Origin: an uncultured Candidatus Saccharibacteria bacterium
GTDB lineage: Bacteria; Patescibacteriota; Minisyncoccia; Phycocordibacterales; EsbW-18
Assembly: GCA_964520295.1 (NCBI GenBank)
Contig: CAZFMQ010000001.1
Coordinates: 84,604-148,603, forward strand
Direction: 5' to 3'
DNA: 64,000 bases
The notes below the pieces were generated by a model that did no database searches, had not been told where the DNA came from, and saw only the letters and a list, made by a program, of their open reading frames with translations. Position numbers and translations under genes: made by a program. Every line of letters begins with the position of its first letter. The first letter of the stretch is position 1. This document shows, one piece after another, positions 27,424 through 37,455 of the stretch.

Positions 27424-28824
27424 ATGGAGAAGTTTTACGTCACCACACCGATATATTACGTCAATGACAAGCCCCATCTCGGGCATGCGTATTCCACGTT
27501 GATGGCGGATGTGTTTGCGCGGTACTGGCGTGGGCGTTTGGGCGCCGATAATGTATTTTTTCTTACCGGCACCGATGAGCACGGACAGAAGATTGCCGAA
27601 GCAGCAGAAAAAGCAGGGAAGCAACCACAGGAATTTGTAGACGAGGTATCGCAACAATTTAAAGATGCATGGAGCACGCTCAATATCTCGCACGATTATT
27701 TTTTCCGTACGACTGATGCACAGCATAAAAAAATTGTGCAGGATATTTTACAGGCGCTTTATGATCGAGGACTCATTTATAAAGATATCTACCGTGGTCT
27801 GTACTGTGTAGGGTGCGAACGCTATTTGCAAAGTGACGATATCGTTGATGGTCATTGCCCACTGCATCCAAACGGTACGCTTGAAGATAGGGAAGAAGAA
27901 AATTACTTTTTGCGTCTCACACAACTTGCACCGCACGTTTTGGAAGCGCTTGAACGTGACGAGTATCGTGTGCTTCCCGTAGAAAAAAAGAATGAGATTG
28001 TATCTAAAGTGCGCGGAGGCATCAAAGATGTATCTATCTCTCGTGCGGGCGTGTCGTGGGGTATTCCTATTCCGTGGGATACACAGCATACCGTGTACGT
28101 GTGGATTGATGCACTTTTCAATTACTTCACTGCAACGCGTATTGTGCCGGGCAAAGAGCAATTCTGGCCTGCTGACATCCACATTCTTGCAAAAGACATT
28201 TTATGGTTCCATGCATTTATTTGGGAGGCGTTGCTCATGGCTTCAGAATTGCCACTGCCGAAGGTGGTGTTTGCACACGGCTTTTTCACCATTGATGGAC
28301 AAAAGATGAGCAAATCTCTTGGTAATGCGGTAGATCCAAAAACGCTTGTAGAAAAGTACGGTGTTGACGGTGCGCGCTACTTACTCTTGTCGGCGTTTCC
28401 GTTCGGTAATGATGGTGATATTTCACTGTCGCGTTTTGATGAGAAGTTCAACGCGGATTTGGCAAATGGTATTGGTAATCTCGTATCGCGCGTTGCAACG
28501 TTATGCGAGAAGGCACAACTGACGGGCTTGCCCGAACCTGAAGTAGACACGGTGTCATCAGATGCATTTGATCGCTTTCAACCCGATGAAGAACTTGCGC
28601 GCATTTGGAATGACATCAGAACGTTGGATAAAAAAATAAATGATGATGCACCGTGGAAGTTGGAAGGTGCGCAACTCAAAACGGTCATTGCTGTGTATGC
28701 AAAAGCATTGTTGCGCATTGGGGTGGCGTTGAAGCCATTCCTTCCAGAGACAGGGGATCGTGTCGTGGAGATTTTCACAAAGCCCGCGGTGACAAAGCCA
28801 CACCCACTTTTTTCACGAGTGTAA
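27424..28824 (+). CDS. metG: Methionyl-tRNA synthetase, short form without the C-terminal tRNA-binding (Trbp111) domain
   Basis: HIGH motif (PHLGHAYS), FFLTGTDEHGQKI, Zn-knuckle CVGCERY...CPLH, and KMSKS. Confidence 0.95.
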   Translation: MEKFYVTTPIYYVNDKPHLGHAYSTLMADVFARYWRGRLGADNVFFLTGTDEHGQKIAEAAEKAGKQPQEFVDEVSQQFKDAWSTLNISHDYFFRTTDAQHKKIVQDILQALYDRGLIYKDIYRGLYCVGCERYLQSDDIVDGHCPLHPNGTLEDREEENYFLRLTQLAPHVLEALERDEYRVLPVEKKNEIVSKVRGGIKDVSISRAGVSWGIPIPWDTQHTVYVWIDALFNYFTATRIVPGKEQFWPADIHILAKDILWFHAFIWEALLMASELPLPKVVFAHGFFTIDGQKMSKSLGNAVDPKTLVEKYGVDGARYLLLSAFPFGNDGDISLSRFDEKFNADLANGIGNLVSRVATLCEKAQLTGLPEPEVDTVSSDAFDRFQPDEELARIWNDIRTLDKKINDDAPWKLEGAQLKTVIAVYAKALLRIGVALKPFLPETGDRVVEIFTKPAVTKPHPLFSRV

Positions 28825-28883
28825 CCTTTATCCCCACTTCGGGCATGTTGTCGTTGTGCGGGTTGCTGGTAGCATACAGATAT

Positions 28884-29303
28884 ATGAAAAAAATAATTCT
28901 TATTGTATGTGTTCTTGCTTTGGCATTTTTTGTGTATACCAAGGTTGCACAGTCGCCCGAACAAGTGACACCCACGAATGAAAACATTACTGTGCACACA
29001 CCGATGTCTGGTGGATTAGTAACATCACCGTTGACCATTACTGGAGAGGCACGCGGTCCTTGGTTTTTTGAAGCATCATTCCCTGTAATGCTCACGAATT
29101 GGGACGGTCTGATTATTGCAGAAGGTGTTGCCACAGCGCAGAGTGATTGGATGACGGAAGAGTTTGTACCGTTTACAGCAACGCTGACGTTTGAGAAGCC
29201 AAAACTGTATCCAGAACGTGGCACATTGATTCTCAAGAAAGATAATCCGTCGGGATTACCAGAACACGATGCGGCGTTTGAAATGCCCGTACGATTTGAA
29301 TAA
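28884..29303 (+). CDS. Secreted Gmad2-like Ig-fold protein
   Basis: Signal/anchor MKKIILIVCVLALAFFVY. Beta-rich domain (VTSPLTITGEARGPWFFEASFPV...). Start at the internal ATG 28884. Confidence 0.6.
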   Translation: MKKIILIVCVLALAFFVYTKVAQSPEQVTPTNENITVHTPMSGGLVTSPLTITGEARGPWFFEASFPVMLTNWDGLIIAEGVATAQSDWMTEEFVPFTATLTFEKPKLYPERGTLILKKDNPSGLPEHDAAFEMPVRFE

Positions 29304-29333
29304 TTATCCATACCATATAACAATCTCTCTATC

Positions 29334-29651
29334 ATGCTTGATCTTTCACACGCAGTAGATGTCTTCTTTGTAGTCATGGCGATTTCTGCGGTCGTCTCCA
29401 CCATTATTGGCGCACTTGTTGGCTGGCACGTGCTCGGCATCGTGCGGGAAACACATCAGGTTATTCGTGTGGTACGTGAGGAGGGTAAGGAGGTGGTGCA
29501 TCGTGCCGCAACTGCTGCACAGGAGGTCATTGAACAGCGTGTGGGCGATATCAACGAACGAGTAAAAGCGCTCGTTGCCACAAAGCCGCGTCGCAAACCC
29601 GCTTCTCGTACAAAGAAATCAGCACCAGTATCTGACACACCACACTCATGA
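29334..29651 (+). CDS. Hypothetical small membrane protein with a basic C-terminal tail
   Basis: 105 aa with one TM helix. Stop overlaps the next start (ATGA). Confidence 0.5.
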   Translation: MLDLSHAVDVFFVVMAISAVVSTIIGALVGWHVLGIVRETHQVIRVVREEGKEVVHRAATAAQEVIEQRVGDINERVKALVATKPRRKPASRTKKSAPVSDTPHS

Positions 29652-30034
29652 GCAAGAAACGAATTATCATTGGCGTTATAGTGGCATTTGTTGTAGGCGT
29701 ATGGGTATATGCGACATTTATTGCGCCCAAAAACGCTCCTGTATCTGAAGAAAAAATTTTTTCTGAAGCACAAAAAGAACTTATTTTGGAACGTGTGGGA
29801 AAGCACGTGGTGTTGCCACATGAAGATCCGACGATCGGTATTATTGGCGCGCGTGATGTGGAATTACTACGTGCCTCACATCCATTTTATGCGCGTGCTA
29901 AGGCAGGGGATGTACTCTTGTTGTACCCAAGCGTATCGCAAGCGATTTTGTTTGACCCAAATCGCGATGAAATATTGGAGATGGGGCCTATCGTCTTTGA
30001 AAATCCAGAAGGCGGTCCTGAGGGAACGTACTAA
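29648..30034 (+). CDS. Hypothetical membrane-anchored protein
   Basis: 128 aa with an N-terminal TM helix. Translationally coupled to the previous gene. Confidence 0.5.
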   Translation: MSKKRIIIGVIVAFVVGVWVYATFIAPKNAPVSEEKIFSEAQKELILERVGKHVVLPHEDPTIGIIGARDVELLRASHPFYARAKAGDVLLLYPSVSQAILFDPNRDEILEMGPIVFENPEGGPEGTY

Positions 30035-30035
30035 C

Positions 30036-30067
30036 TAAAAACCTCCCCATGTCGGGGAGGTTTTTTG
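30036..30067. terminator. Bidirectional terminator AAAAA-CCTCCCC-ATGTC-GGGGAGG-TTTTTT
   Basis: Read directly. Confidence 0.8.
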
Positions 30068-30076
30068 TGTTTAGAT

Positions 30077-30352
30077 TTAGATACCGAGCAATTGCCCAAG
30101 ACGACCTTCGTCAAAACCGATAATGATTTCTTCATGTCCGGGCTGGCCATCCGGGATTGACGGGTCAACAATGGAAATAACCGGTACGCCTAATTGATTC
30201 GTTTTTTCTACCATCTCCTTTCTCTTATCCAAATCTTCAGCGACGTTGTAATCAGTGTAAGTGATATTTTTGTCCGCAAACAAATCCTTCGTCATGTGAC
30301 AGAAGTGACAAGATGGTGTTGAGTAAATGGAAACTGTTTTTGTTTGTGCCAT
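30077..30352 (-). CDS. Glutaredoxin-like protein (NrdH/Grx family)
   Basis: TVSIYSTPSCHFCHMTKDLF, with a CxxC in a thioredoxin-fold context. About 92 aa from the internal ATG. Confidence 0.75.
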   Translation of the reverse strand: MAQTKTVSIYSTPSCHFCHMTKDLFADKNITYTDYNVAEDLDKRKEMVEKTNQLGVPVISIVDPSIPDGQPGHEEIIIGFDEGRLGQLLGI

Positions 30353-30426
30353 AGCAATATTATTACTACTTGTATGTGCAGGAGAGTATACCACGTGCGC
30401 ATGGCATCAGTGTGTTGCCAACACCC

Positions 30427-31584
30427 TTATTTGGTGTCCTGGAGGCGTAGGGTGGGGATAAGTGCAAGAAAGATGGCGCCACCAAGCGCAAAAAAGATGT
30501 AGTGCATTGGATATGCAAGAAATAGCAGGGATGCAAGGAGAGGAGCGACGATGTACCCCAACGGAGAGATGGTGCGATAGAGGCCGATAATGTTTGTGTC
30601 GCTAGCGTTGACCTGCTTGAAGAAATAGGATTCTGTCATACTTTCTACGGTTGCGGCTCCAATACGCGTGCAAAAGAGTGCAATACCCCACACGACAATG
30701 CTCGTGCTCGTAATAAAACCAAGTGCGATGGTTGCTAATCCCATAACAATAAAACCGAGAGAAAGTATTTCCTTTTCTCCTATGCGCGTGTCAGCAAGAC
30801 GTCCAAGTGGATATTCAAGAATGAGGAATGGCACAAGCATGATGGCAAAAACGACACCAATTGCATCCCACTCCATGCCAATGGTGTCGTGCAAGTATAG
30901 ACCCATGTACACCACCATGACTGCGTAGAATGCGCGCAGTAATACATTGGCAAGGAAGATGTTGCGCAGATTGGGCTTGGTGAGTACCGCACGCACTGCA
31001 GGAAGTATGCGTCCTCGCACGTGCTTTGGTTCTTGGTAGGCGCGTGCAATGGAAAGTAGTGGTATGAGTACAGGGATGAGGGCGAGGACAGCGATGATGA
31101 ACACACGTTCAAATGCAGTGGTGTCGCCAAGCACGAAGCCAGCGAAGAGGGAGGCGATGAGAATACTTGCGTTTACCAGAGAAATGAGCAGGCCACGCAG
31201 TCGCCCTGTTAATTCATTCAAGGACAATGACTCAAAAATGATATCGAGTTGCAATGAGAGCGTGTAGATAAGTATCTGATACGCAAAGAATGAGATGATA
31301 ATGAGAGCAACTGAGTGCGAAAACACCATGCCGAAGAGTGCAACTACTTCCAGTATGAGGGCGATAATGGTTGCTCGTATGGTACCTACGCGCTCTAGTA
31401 TTCTCGGTACGTACAACAGTGCACACATCGTGCCGAGTGATGCGAGCGAAAAGAGCAATCCAACCTGTGCTACTGAAAGATGCTTCTCTAGAACGCTCGC
31501 ATTTATGTAGAGAAACAAATTGAGATGCAGGTAGACGAAAAACGAGAAGAAAAACGTTGTGTTGAGAAGAGAGGAGCGCTTCAT
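30427..31584 (-). CDS. MFS transporter
   Basis: About 12 TM helices with the 6+6 arrangement. Short overlap with the rnj stop. Confidence 0.8.
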   Translation of the reverse strand: MKRSSLLNTTFFFSFFVYLHLNLFLYINASVLEKHLSVAQVGLLFSLASLGTMCALLYVPRILERVGTIRATIIALILEVVALFGMVFSHSVALIIISFFAYQILIYTLSLQLDIIFESLSLNELTGRLRGLLISLVNASILIASLFAGFVLGDTTAFERVFIIAVLALIPVLIPLLSIARAYQEPKHVRGRILPAVRAVLTKPNLRNIFLANVLLRAFYAVMVVYMGLYLHDTIGMEWDAIGVVFAIMLVPFLILEYPLGRLADTRIGEKEILSLGFIVMGLATIALGFITSTSIVVWGIALFCTRIGAATVESMTESYFFKQVNASDTNIIGLYRTISPLGYIVAPLLASLLFLAYPMHYIFFALGGAIFLALIPTLRLQDTK

Positions 31585-31585
31585 G

Positions 31586-33628
31586 CTATACACCGATAAC
31601 TACAGGAATTACAATAGGCGATTTCCCAGTTTTTTGGAAGAGGAACTTACGCACATCATCGGTAACCGATGCTTTGACAATATCAAAGTTGATAGGGTGC
31701 ATGCCACGTGTGGTGCTTTCCACCGCTTTTGTGACGAGTGAGCGAGCGCCCGAAATGAGCTCCTGCTGTTCTTTGAGATAGACGAATCCACGCGAAATAA
31801 TGTCAGGTGATTTGCGTAGTTTGCCGGTTTTTGGGTTCACCGACACGACCACAACAAAGATGCCGTCTTCTGAAAGCGTTTGGCGATCACGTACAACGAC
31901 GTGCTGCTGCTCACCAACAGAGAAACCATCTACCATCACAGAACCTGAAGGTGCTTTTTCTTTACGCACTGAGATTTTCTCTCCACCTTCGCTGATTTCA
32001 ATGAGTGCGCCGTTTTCAGGAATGACAATGTTTTCTTTTGGTGCACCCAGTTGCTCTGCCATTTCTGCGTGAATACGCAACATGAAGTGATGTCCGTGGA
32101 GCGGTATGAAGTATTTGTAGTTGAGTTGCTGGTGAATCCAACCGAGCTCATCGCGGTTGCCGTGTCCTGACGCGTGCACTGCGGAATCTTGGTAGGTGAT
32201 GATGCGTGCTTCCTGGCGGTACAAATTGTCTTTCAGTTTTGTAATTGCACGCTCATTGCCCGGGATAACTGATGATGAGAACACAACAGTGTCGGTGCGT
32301 GAAAGCGTAATATATTTGTGTGTTTTGTTTGCGATGCGATCAAACACAGAATACTCCTCACCTTGTGCGCCTGTCGCAAGTACGATGATGCGATTTGCAG
32401 GATAGTCGTTGATTTCTTCAATCGGGATAATGTTGTCAAACTTCACCAAATCAAGTTGTTTGACAATCTCTACGTTGCTCTTCATGGAGCGACCGTCAAT
32501 GGCCACTACTTTGTTGTATTTTTGTGCAAGCTTGATGAATTGAATCACGCGCTCCACCTGTGATGCGAAGGTACCAATAATGAGGCGACCAGGCACACCC
32601 TTGAGGATACCTTCAATCGTATCCATTGCTTTTGATTCTGGAAGCGAGAAGCCTGGTTTTTCTACTGACGTTGAGTCCAATGTGAAGAGCACAATCTTTT
32701 TGTCTTTAAACATTGCCCAGTGCTCTTTTTCTTTGTCGGTTGGCTTGCCATCTACGTGGTCAACACGAACGTCTTCAACAAAGGCTACGGTGCCGACAGG
32801 TGTATCAATAAGCAAACCCATTGAATCAGGAATAGCGTGTGAGATAGGGAAGAAGCTCACTGAGAAGTGTTCCCCTACTTGTATGGTTTCTGTACCGCGC
32901 ACTGTTTTGATATCCAACGGCGCCACATCAGGAAACTCAAGTTGACGTTTCTGAATGATGAGTGAACCAAATTCACGTGAGTAGATAGGTGGGTTGCCGA
33001 TATCTTCGATGATATAGGGAATAGCACCGATGTGGTCGTAGTGACCGTGTGTAATAAAGAGTGCTTTGATTTTTTCCTTACGCTCTTTCAAGTAGGTAAC
33101 ATCGGGCAAAATATAATCAATGCCAGGTGTTTCTGCTTCTGAAAATTGAAAACCTGCATCGACGACAATGATTTCATTACCGTACTCCAAGAGTGTCATA
33201 TTCTTACCGATTTCTTCTGTGCCACCGAGTGGTACGACGCGAAGCGTGCCTGGCTCTGGAGGAGGAATGTGTGTACTACGATTACCGGTGCTCGGTGATG
33301 TTTTTTGAATACGTGTTTTGTCGGGACGGCGCATGCGCATTTTGCCACCACCACGACGTGCGTCACCTGAACCTGCTCCGCGGCGAAAACCGCCACGTGA
33401 GCTGCCGCCACGTCCGCCACGTCGTGGCGGACGTGGACCACGTTCTTGTTGGTTGGGTCCAGCTTGTCCTACAGCAGAAAAGACACGTCGCTTGCGTGGT
33501 GCACTTGTGCTGCTTTCTGTTTTTGCATTTGCCGTGGCACCTGATGTAGTGCGCGCGCTATGTGGTCTCATAACTCGAATACGCCCACGTGAACGTCGAG
33601 GACCGGAATGACCTGAGTGTTGTTCCAT
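31586..33628 (-). CDS. rnj: Ribonuclease J (metallo-beta-lactamase/beta-CASP) with a ~115 aa Arg/Gly-rich N-terminal extension
   Basis: HxHxDH motif (ALFITHGHYDHIGAIP), beta-CASP region, and C-terminal domain. N-terminus PRRSRGRIRVMRP...RGGRGGSSRGGFRRGAGSG. Confidence 0.92.
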   Translation of the reverse strand: MEQHSGHSGPRRSRGRIRVMRPHSARTTSGATANAKTESSTSAPRKRRVFSAVGQAGPNQQERGPRPPRRGGRGGSSRGGFRRGAGSGDARRGGGKMRMRRPDKTRIQKTSPSTGNRSTHIPPPEPGTLRVVPLGGTEEIGKNMTLLEYGNEIIVVDAGFQFSEAETPGIDYILPDVTYLKERKEKIKALFITHGHYDHIGAIPYIIEDIGNPPIYSREFGSLIIQKRQLEFPDVAPLDIKTVRGTETIQVGEHFSVSFFPISHAIPDSMGLLIDTPVGTVAFVEDVRVDHVDGKPTDKEKEHWAMFKDKKIVLFTLDSTSVEKPGFSLPESKAMDTIEGILKGVPGRLIIGTFASQVERVIQFIKLAQKYNKVVAIDGRSMKSNVEIVKQLDLVKFDNIIPIEEINDYPANRIIVLATGAQGEEYSVFDRIANKTHKYITLSRTDTVVFSSSVIPGNERAITKLKDNLYRQEARIITYQDSAVHASGHGNRDELGWIHQQLNYKYFIPLHGHHFMLRIHAEMAEQLGAPKENIVIPENGALIEISEGGEKISVRKEKAPSGSVMVDGFSVGEQQHVVVRDRQTLSEDGIFVVVVSVNPKTGKLRKSPDIISRGFVYLKEQQELISGARSLVTKAVESTTRGMHPINFDIVKASVTDDVRKFLFQKTGKSPIVIPVVIGV

Positions 33629-33676
33629 AATTGAAAAATAGAGTGTGTACCGCACGTAAAAAAGCGGCACGGGTTA

Positions 33677-35383
33677 CTAATGAATAAATATTTTGAAAAT
33701 ACGTTGTGTATGTACGTACCACGAGTATGCATCAAGAAATCGTTCGCTCGGATCTTGAATTGGACCTGTATCTATACCCTGTATATACGAAGGGAGTACA
33801 TAGACCATATCGGGAACGTAGAGGAACACCGATGGCACATCTGCTAGCCACTCGTCCAGAAACGATTCGTACAATGTAGTACGTTCGTCAGGGGAAAGGG
33901 TGGTTCGTAACTCCTCCAGTGTAGCATCAACATCTACGTTTGTATAGAGCGCTACATTCAGCCCTGGATCATTGCGTTGGCTGGAATGCCAGAATGGATA
34001 CAAATCGCCGTCTCGAGAGAGCACTTGCCCGAAGAGAAGTACATCATAATCACGTGTGCGGATTACATTTTGGTTGAGTTGGGCAAGGTCAAATAGTTCA
34101 ATGGTTACTTCTGCGCCTAGTTCATTGAATTGCTTTTGGAGCAGTTCAGCAACAAGTTTTAGTTCGGAGCTGTTCACTGTTTTGATAGAAAATGAGAGTG
34201 TTGTGTCTTTTTTCTTATATACACCAGTGTCTGTATCACGACTCCAACCGTTCTTCTCAAGAAGGATGCGTGCATCTTCAATGGTGTGCGGTGTGGTGGT
34301 TCCTGCATCATACAGATGAGGAGGGAGTGGTGTTGCAATAGGGGTACCGTAGTGTCCAAGTGCGTGTGTGATTATTTCTTCGCGGTCAACGGTGTAGTGC
34401 AATGCTTTGCGCACTGCAACGTCGGTGAACAAACTGTTGTGGTTGTAGTTGAAAAAGAGACCAAAGGTGCGCGGGAGTGGGTAACGCTGTACATGCGCCT
34501 CATCTTCAATATGTGACGCAACGCCATGAGCACGCGTATCTCGGAATGCGTCTATGTCACCATCTTGATATGCTTCTGCAAGTTCAGTATCGCTACCAAA
34601 TATATCAATATAGAGTTTTGAAATGTATGGTGTGCCGAGCGCATAGTGTGTAAAGGGAAGTAGAAGGTAGGAGCTGACAACACCACCACGCTCTTTGATG
34701 TCGCCCACTTTGAAGGGACCAGAACCGACAGGGTGTTCATTGTAGAGGGAACCGCGAAAATCATCTGCAGGGATTGTTTCCCAGATGTGCTGAGGAATGA
34801 TGCCGAGCGTTGTATTGGTGAGAAAACCAGTGTACGGACGAGATAACGTAAAGATAACCGTGCGTGCGCCGTCTGTTTCTACCGTGACGCCATCCCATGT
34901 ACCTGCCTTCGGGCTATTGATGCGCGGATCTTGCACGCTCTTGATGGTGAACATAACATCGCGAGCTGTAATTGGTGTATCGTCGTGGAAGTAAATATCG
35001 TCGCGAAGTGTAAAGGTATAGACGGTGCCATCATCAGAGACGGTATACGATTCGGCAAGGTCGGGAATGAGTGTACCGCCCGGCAATGCTCGCATTAAGC
35101 CTGCATACGTCAGCATGGTGAGGTCACGATCGGCATCGGTTTGTGCTACAAGCGGGTTGATGAAGCGTGGTGTGCCTACAATACCCTCATGGAGCGTGCC
35201 GCCAGGGGCAGGGATAACAACTGTCGCGCGCGTGTGTAGGACTGATACGAGCCACAGACCACTGACAATACCTGCAATGCCACATACTATGACAATAGCG
35301 CGTTCCAAAAATGAAAAACGAGAAAAAGCGGAGCGTGCGTATTCGCGAAAACGGTACGGTCTACCATCGTACGAGTCGTGCAT
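33677..35383 (-). CDS. ABC transporter substrate-binding protein, family 5 (OppA/DppA-like). No adjacent permease genes.
   Basis: N-terminal signal anchor. SBP_bac_5-type core (GGTLHEGIVGTPRFINPLVAQTDADRDLTMLTYAGLMR...). Confidence 0.8.
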   Translation of the reverse strand: MHDSYDGRPYRFREYARSAFSRFSFLERAIVIVCGIAGIVSGLWLVSVLHTRATVVIPAPGGTLHEGIVGTPRFINPLVAQTDADRDLTMLTYAGLMRALPGGTLIPDLAESYTVSDDGTVYTFTLRDDIYFHDDTPITARDVMFTIKSVQDPRINSPKAGTWDGVTVETDGARTVIFTLSRPYTGFLTNTTLGIIPQHIWETIPADDFRGSLYNEHPVGSGPFKVGDIKERGGVVSSYLLLPFTHYALGTPYISKLYIDIFGSDTELAEAYQDGDIDAFRDTRAHGVASHIEDEAHVQRYPLPRTFGLFFNYNHNSLFTDVAVRKALHYTVDREEIITHALGHYGTPIATPLPPHLYDAGTTTPHTIEDARILLEKNGWSRDTDTGVYKKKDTTLSFSIKTVNSSELKLVAELLQKQFNELGAEVTIELFDLAQLNQNVIRTRDYDVLLFGQVLSRDGDLYPFWHSSQRNDPGLNVALYTNVDVDATLEELRTTLSPDERTTLYESFLDEWLADVPSVFLYVPDMVYVLPSYIQGIDTGPIQDPSERFLDAYSWYVHTQRIFKIFIH

Positions 35384-35414
35384 AGTGAAAAGATGAGTAT
35401 AGCAAACGAGCGAC

Positions 35415-35636
35415 TTAGCGAAGGAGAAGTGTGGCAACTGCTGATGCAACGAAGAGCGTAGCAACAATAATGGTTGCGTAGAATAGAGTACGCTCTGCGC
35501 CACGGCGTGTGCGCTCAATACCTCCTGAGTCTTCTCCAAAAGCTGAACCCATGCCAGCATCTGACTGCTGCATAAGCACAAGTGCTATGAGAAGGACGGC
35601 AAGTCCGATTTGTATGAATGGAATCAATGCAATCAT
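35415..35636 (-). CDS. secG: Preprotein translocase subunit SecG
   Basis: MIALIPFIQIGLAVLLIALVLMQQSDAGMGSAFG is the canonical SecG N-terminus. Confidence 0.88.
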   Translation of the reverse strand: MIALIPFIQIGLAVLLIALVLMQQSDAGMGSAFGEDSGGIERTRRGAERTLFYATIIVATLFVASAVATLLLR

Positions 35637-35681
35637 AGATGGCTGACAGTATACCACAGTGTATTTTGATGGTGAAGATGC

Positions 35682-37379
35682 GTGCTACACTACACCATAA
35701 TGATATCTAAAGCGCTTATAGATACACTCTCGTCAACATTTTCAGGTGATATTCGTACTGATGATGCCATTCGTACGTCGCGTAGCACCGATACTTCGTT
35801 GTTTTCGGTACGTCCACAAATGGTGGTGTTTCCAAAAACAGTTGCTGATGTGTGTGCACTCGTACACTGGGCTCGTGCAGCGGGTATTACACTGACAGGG
35901 CGTTCAGCAGGTACGGGTATGGATGGTGGATCACTGACGGAAGGTGTGGTGGTTGATTTTTCGCAATACTTTACGCGCATGGGGCAGGTGATGATACGAA
36001 AGGATGAGGAGCCACGAGTGAGTGCGCAACCTGGCGTGTTCTATCGTGATTTTGAACGCGAAACTATGAAGCACAACTTGCTGATGCCATCGTACCCGGC
36101 ATCACGCGAGCTCTGCATGATCGGTGGCATGGTATCCAATAATGCTGGTGGGGAATTGACGTTACGTTATGGCAAGGTGGAGCGCTTTGTGCGACAGTTG
36201 CGTGTCGTACTTTCAGATGGCCATGAGTATGTGTTAGAACCGCTGAACGAAGAACAGTTACATAAAAAATTATTATTGAAAGGGTTTGAAGGTGATATGT
36301 ATCGTGCCGTGTACAAACTTCTCAATGATAACTACGAACTCATTCAAAAAGCGCGCCCGAAGGTGTCAAAAAATTCCGCAGGATATTTTTTGTGGAATGT
36401 GTATGATCGCGAGCGCGGTGTGTTTGATCTCACACAATTATTTGTTGGTTCACAAGGTACACTTGGATTATTGACTGAAGCAACCTTTGGATTAGTCACA
36501 CCGCCCGCACACTCGCAGATGGTGATTGTGTTTTTGGATTCACTCAAACATATCGGCGAATTGGTACGCGTGGTACTTTCGCATGCGCCGACCACATTTG
36601 AGTCATACGATGACAAGACATTGTCGCTTGCGCTGCGTTTTTTCTGGGATTTTGTGAAGCGTCTTGGTGTACGTAACATTTTTTCTTTGGCGTGGCATTC
36701 GCTCGGGGAGGCATGGTCTATTGTGCGTGGCGGTGGTCTGCCAAAATTGGTATTGCAAATTACGTTTGATGGCGATGACAAGCGCGCGCTTTTGCAAAAA
36801 GCGCGCGCCCTCTCTGCAGATTTGAAAACATTCTCGCCGCGTTATGTGGAAGTGGTATCAAATGCGCATGAAATGGACGAATACTGGCTCATTCGTCGTG
36901 AAAGCTTCAATTTATTGCGTCATAAAGTGAAGGGGATGAAAACCGCACCGTTCATTGATGACATTGTAGTGCCTCCAGCTGTATTGCCGGAGTTTTTGCC
37001 AAAACTGTACGACATTTTGGAGCGATATCGTGCACACATGATTCATAATATCGCAGGACACATTGGTGATGGTAACTTCCATATTATTCCACTCATGGAT
37101 ATGTCGCGTGAGGAAAACCGTACCGTGATTTTTGAAATTGCACAGCAGGTGTACGATCTCGTGTTTGCATACGGTGGTTCCACCACAGGTGAACATAATG
37201 ATGGACTCATTCGCACACCTTTTATAGAACAGCAGTACGGCGCAGAGGTATACAAACTGTTTGTGGACATCAAACGTATTTTTGACCCAAAAAACATCTT
37301 CAATCCAGGCAAAAAAGTTGCACTCGGCAATGACGGAGCGGGCACGCTGGCGTACGCGCAGGCGCATATAAAGCACTAG
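35682..37379 (+). CDS. FAD-linked oxidase (GlcD/D-lactate dehydrogenase family, PCMH-type FAD-binding domain)
   Basis: FAD-binding region (VVFPKTVADVCALVHWARAAGITLTGRSAGTGMDGGS) and C-terminal FAD-oxidase domain. The start could be 35700. Confidence 0.8.
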   Translation: MLHYTIMISKALIDTLSSTFSGDIRTDDAIRTSRSTDTSLFSVRPQMVVFPKTVADVCALVHWARAAGITLTGRSAGTGMDGGSLTEGVVVDFSQYFTRMGQVMIRKDEEPRVSAQPGVFYRDFERETMKHNLLMPSYPASRELCMIGGMVSNNAGGELTLRYGKVERFVRQLRVVLSDGHEYVLEPLNEEQLHKKLLLKGFEGDMYRAVYKLLNDNYELIQKARPKVSKNSAGYFLWNVYDRERGVFDLTQLFVGSQGTLGLLTEATFGLVTPPAHSQMVIVFLDSLKHIGELVRVVLSHAPTTFESYDDKTLSLALRFFWDFVKRLGVRNIFSLAWHSLGEAWSIVRGGGLPKLVLQITFDGDDKRALLQKARALSADLKTFSPRYVEVVSNAHEMDEYWLIRRESFNLLRHKVKGMKTAPFIDDIVVPPAVLPEFLPKLYDILERYRAHMIHNIAGHIGDGNFHIIPLMDMSREENRTVIFEIAQQVYDLVFAYGGSTTGEHNDGLIRTPFIEQQYGAEVYKLFVDIKRIFDPKNIFNPGKKVALGNDGAGTLAYAQAHIKH

Positions 37380-37455
37380 ATACACAACGCTTGCGTCAAG
37401 ATTGATGCACGGCGTATACTACAGGCGCTTATAAATCTATTAATGTTGTTTTCAT

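Noticed and set aside
29334-30034. Overlapping small membrane-protein pair as a possible toxin-antitoxin or holin-like module
   Set aside because: There is only an ATGA overlap and hydrophobic segments. No recognisable toxin, antitoxin or holin signatures, so they are kept as plain hypotheticals.
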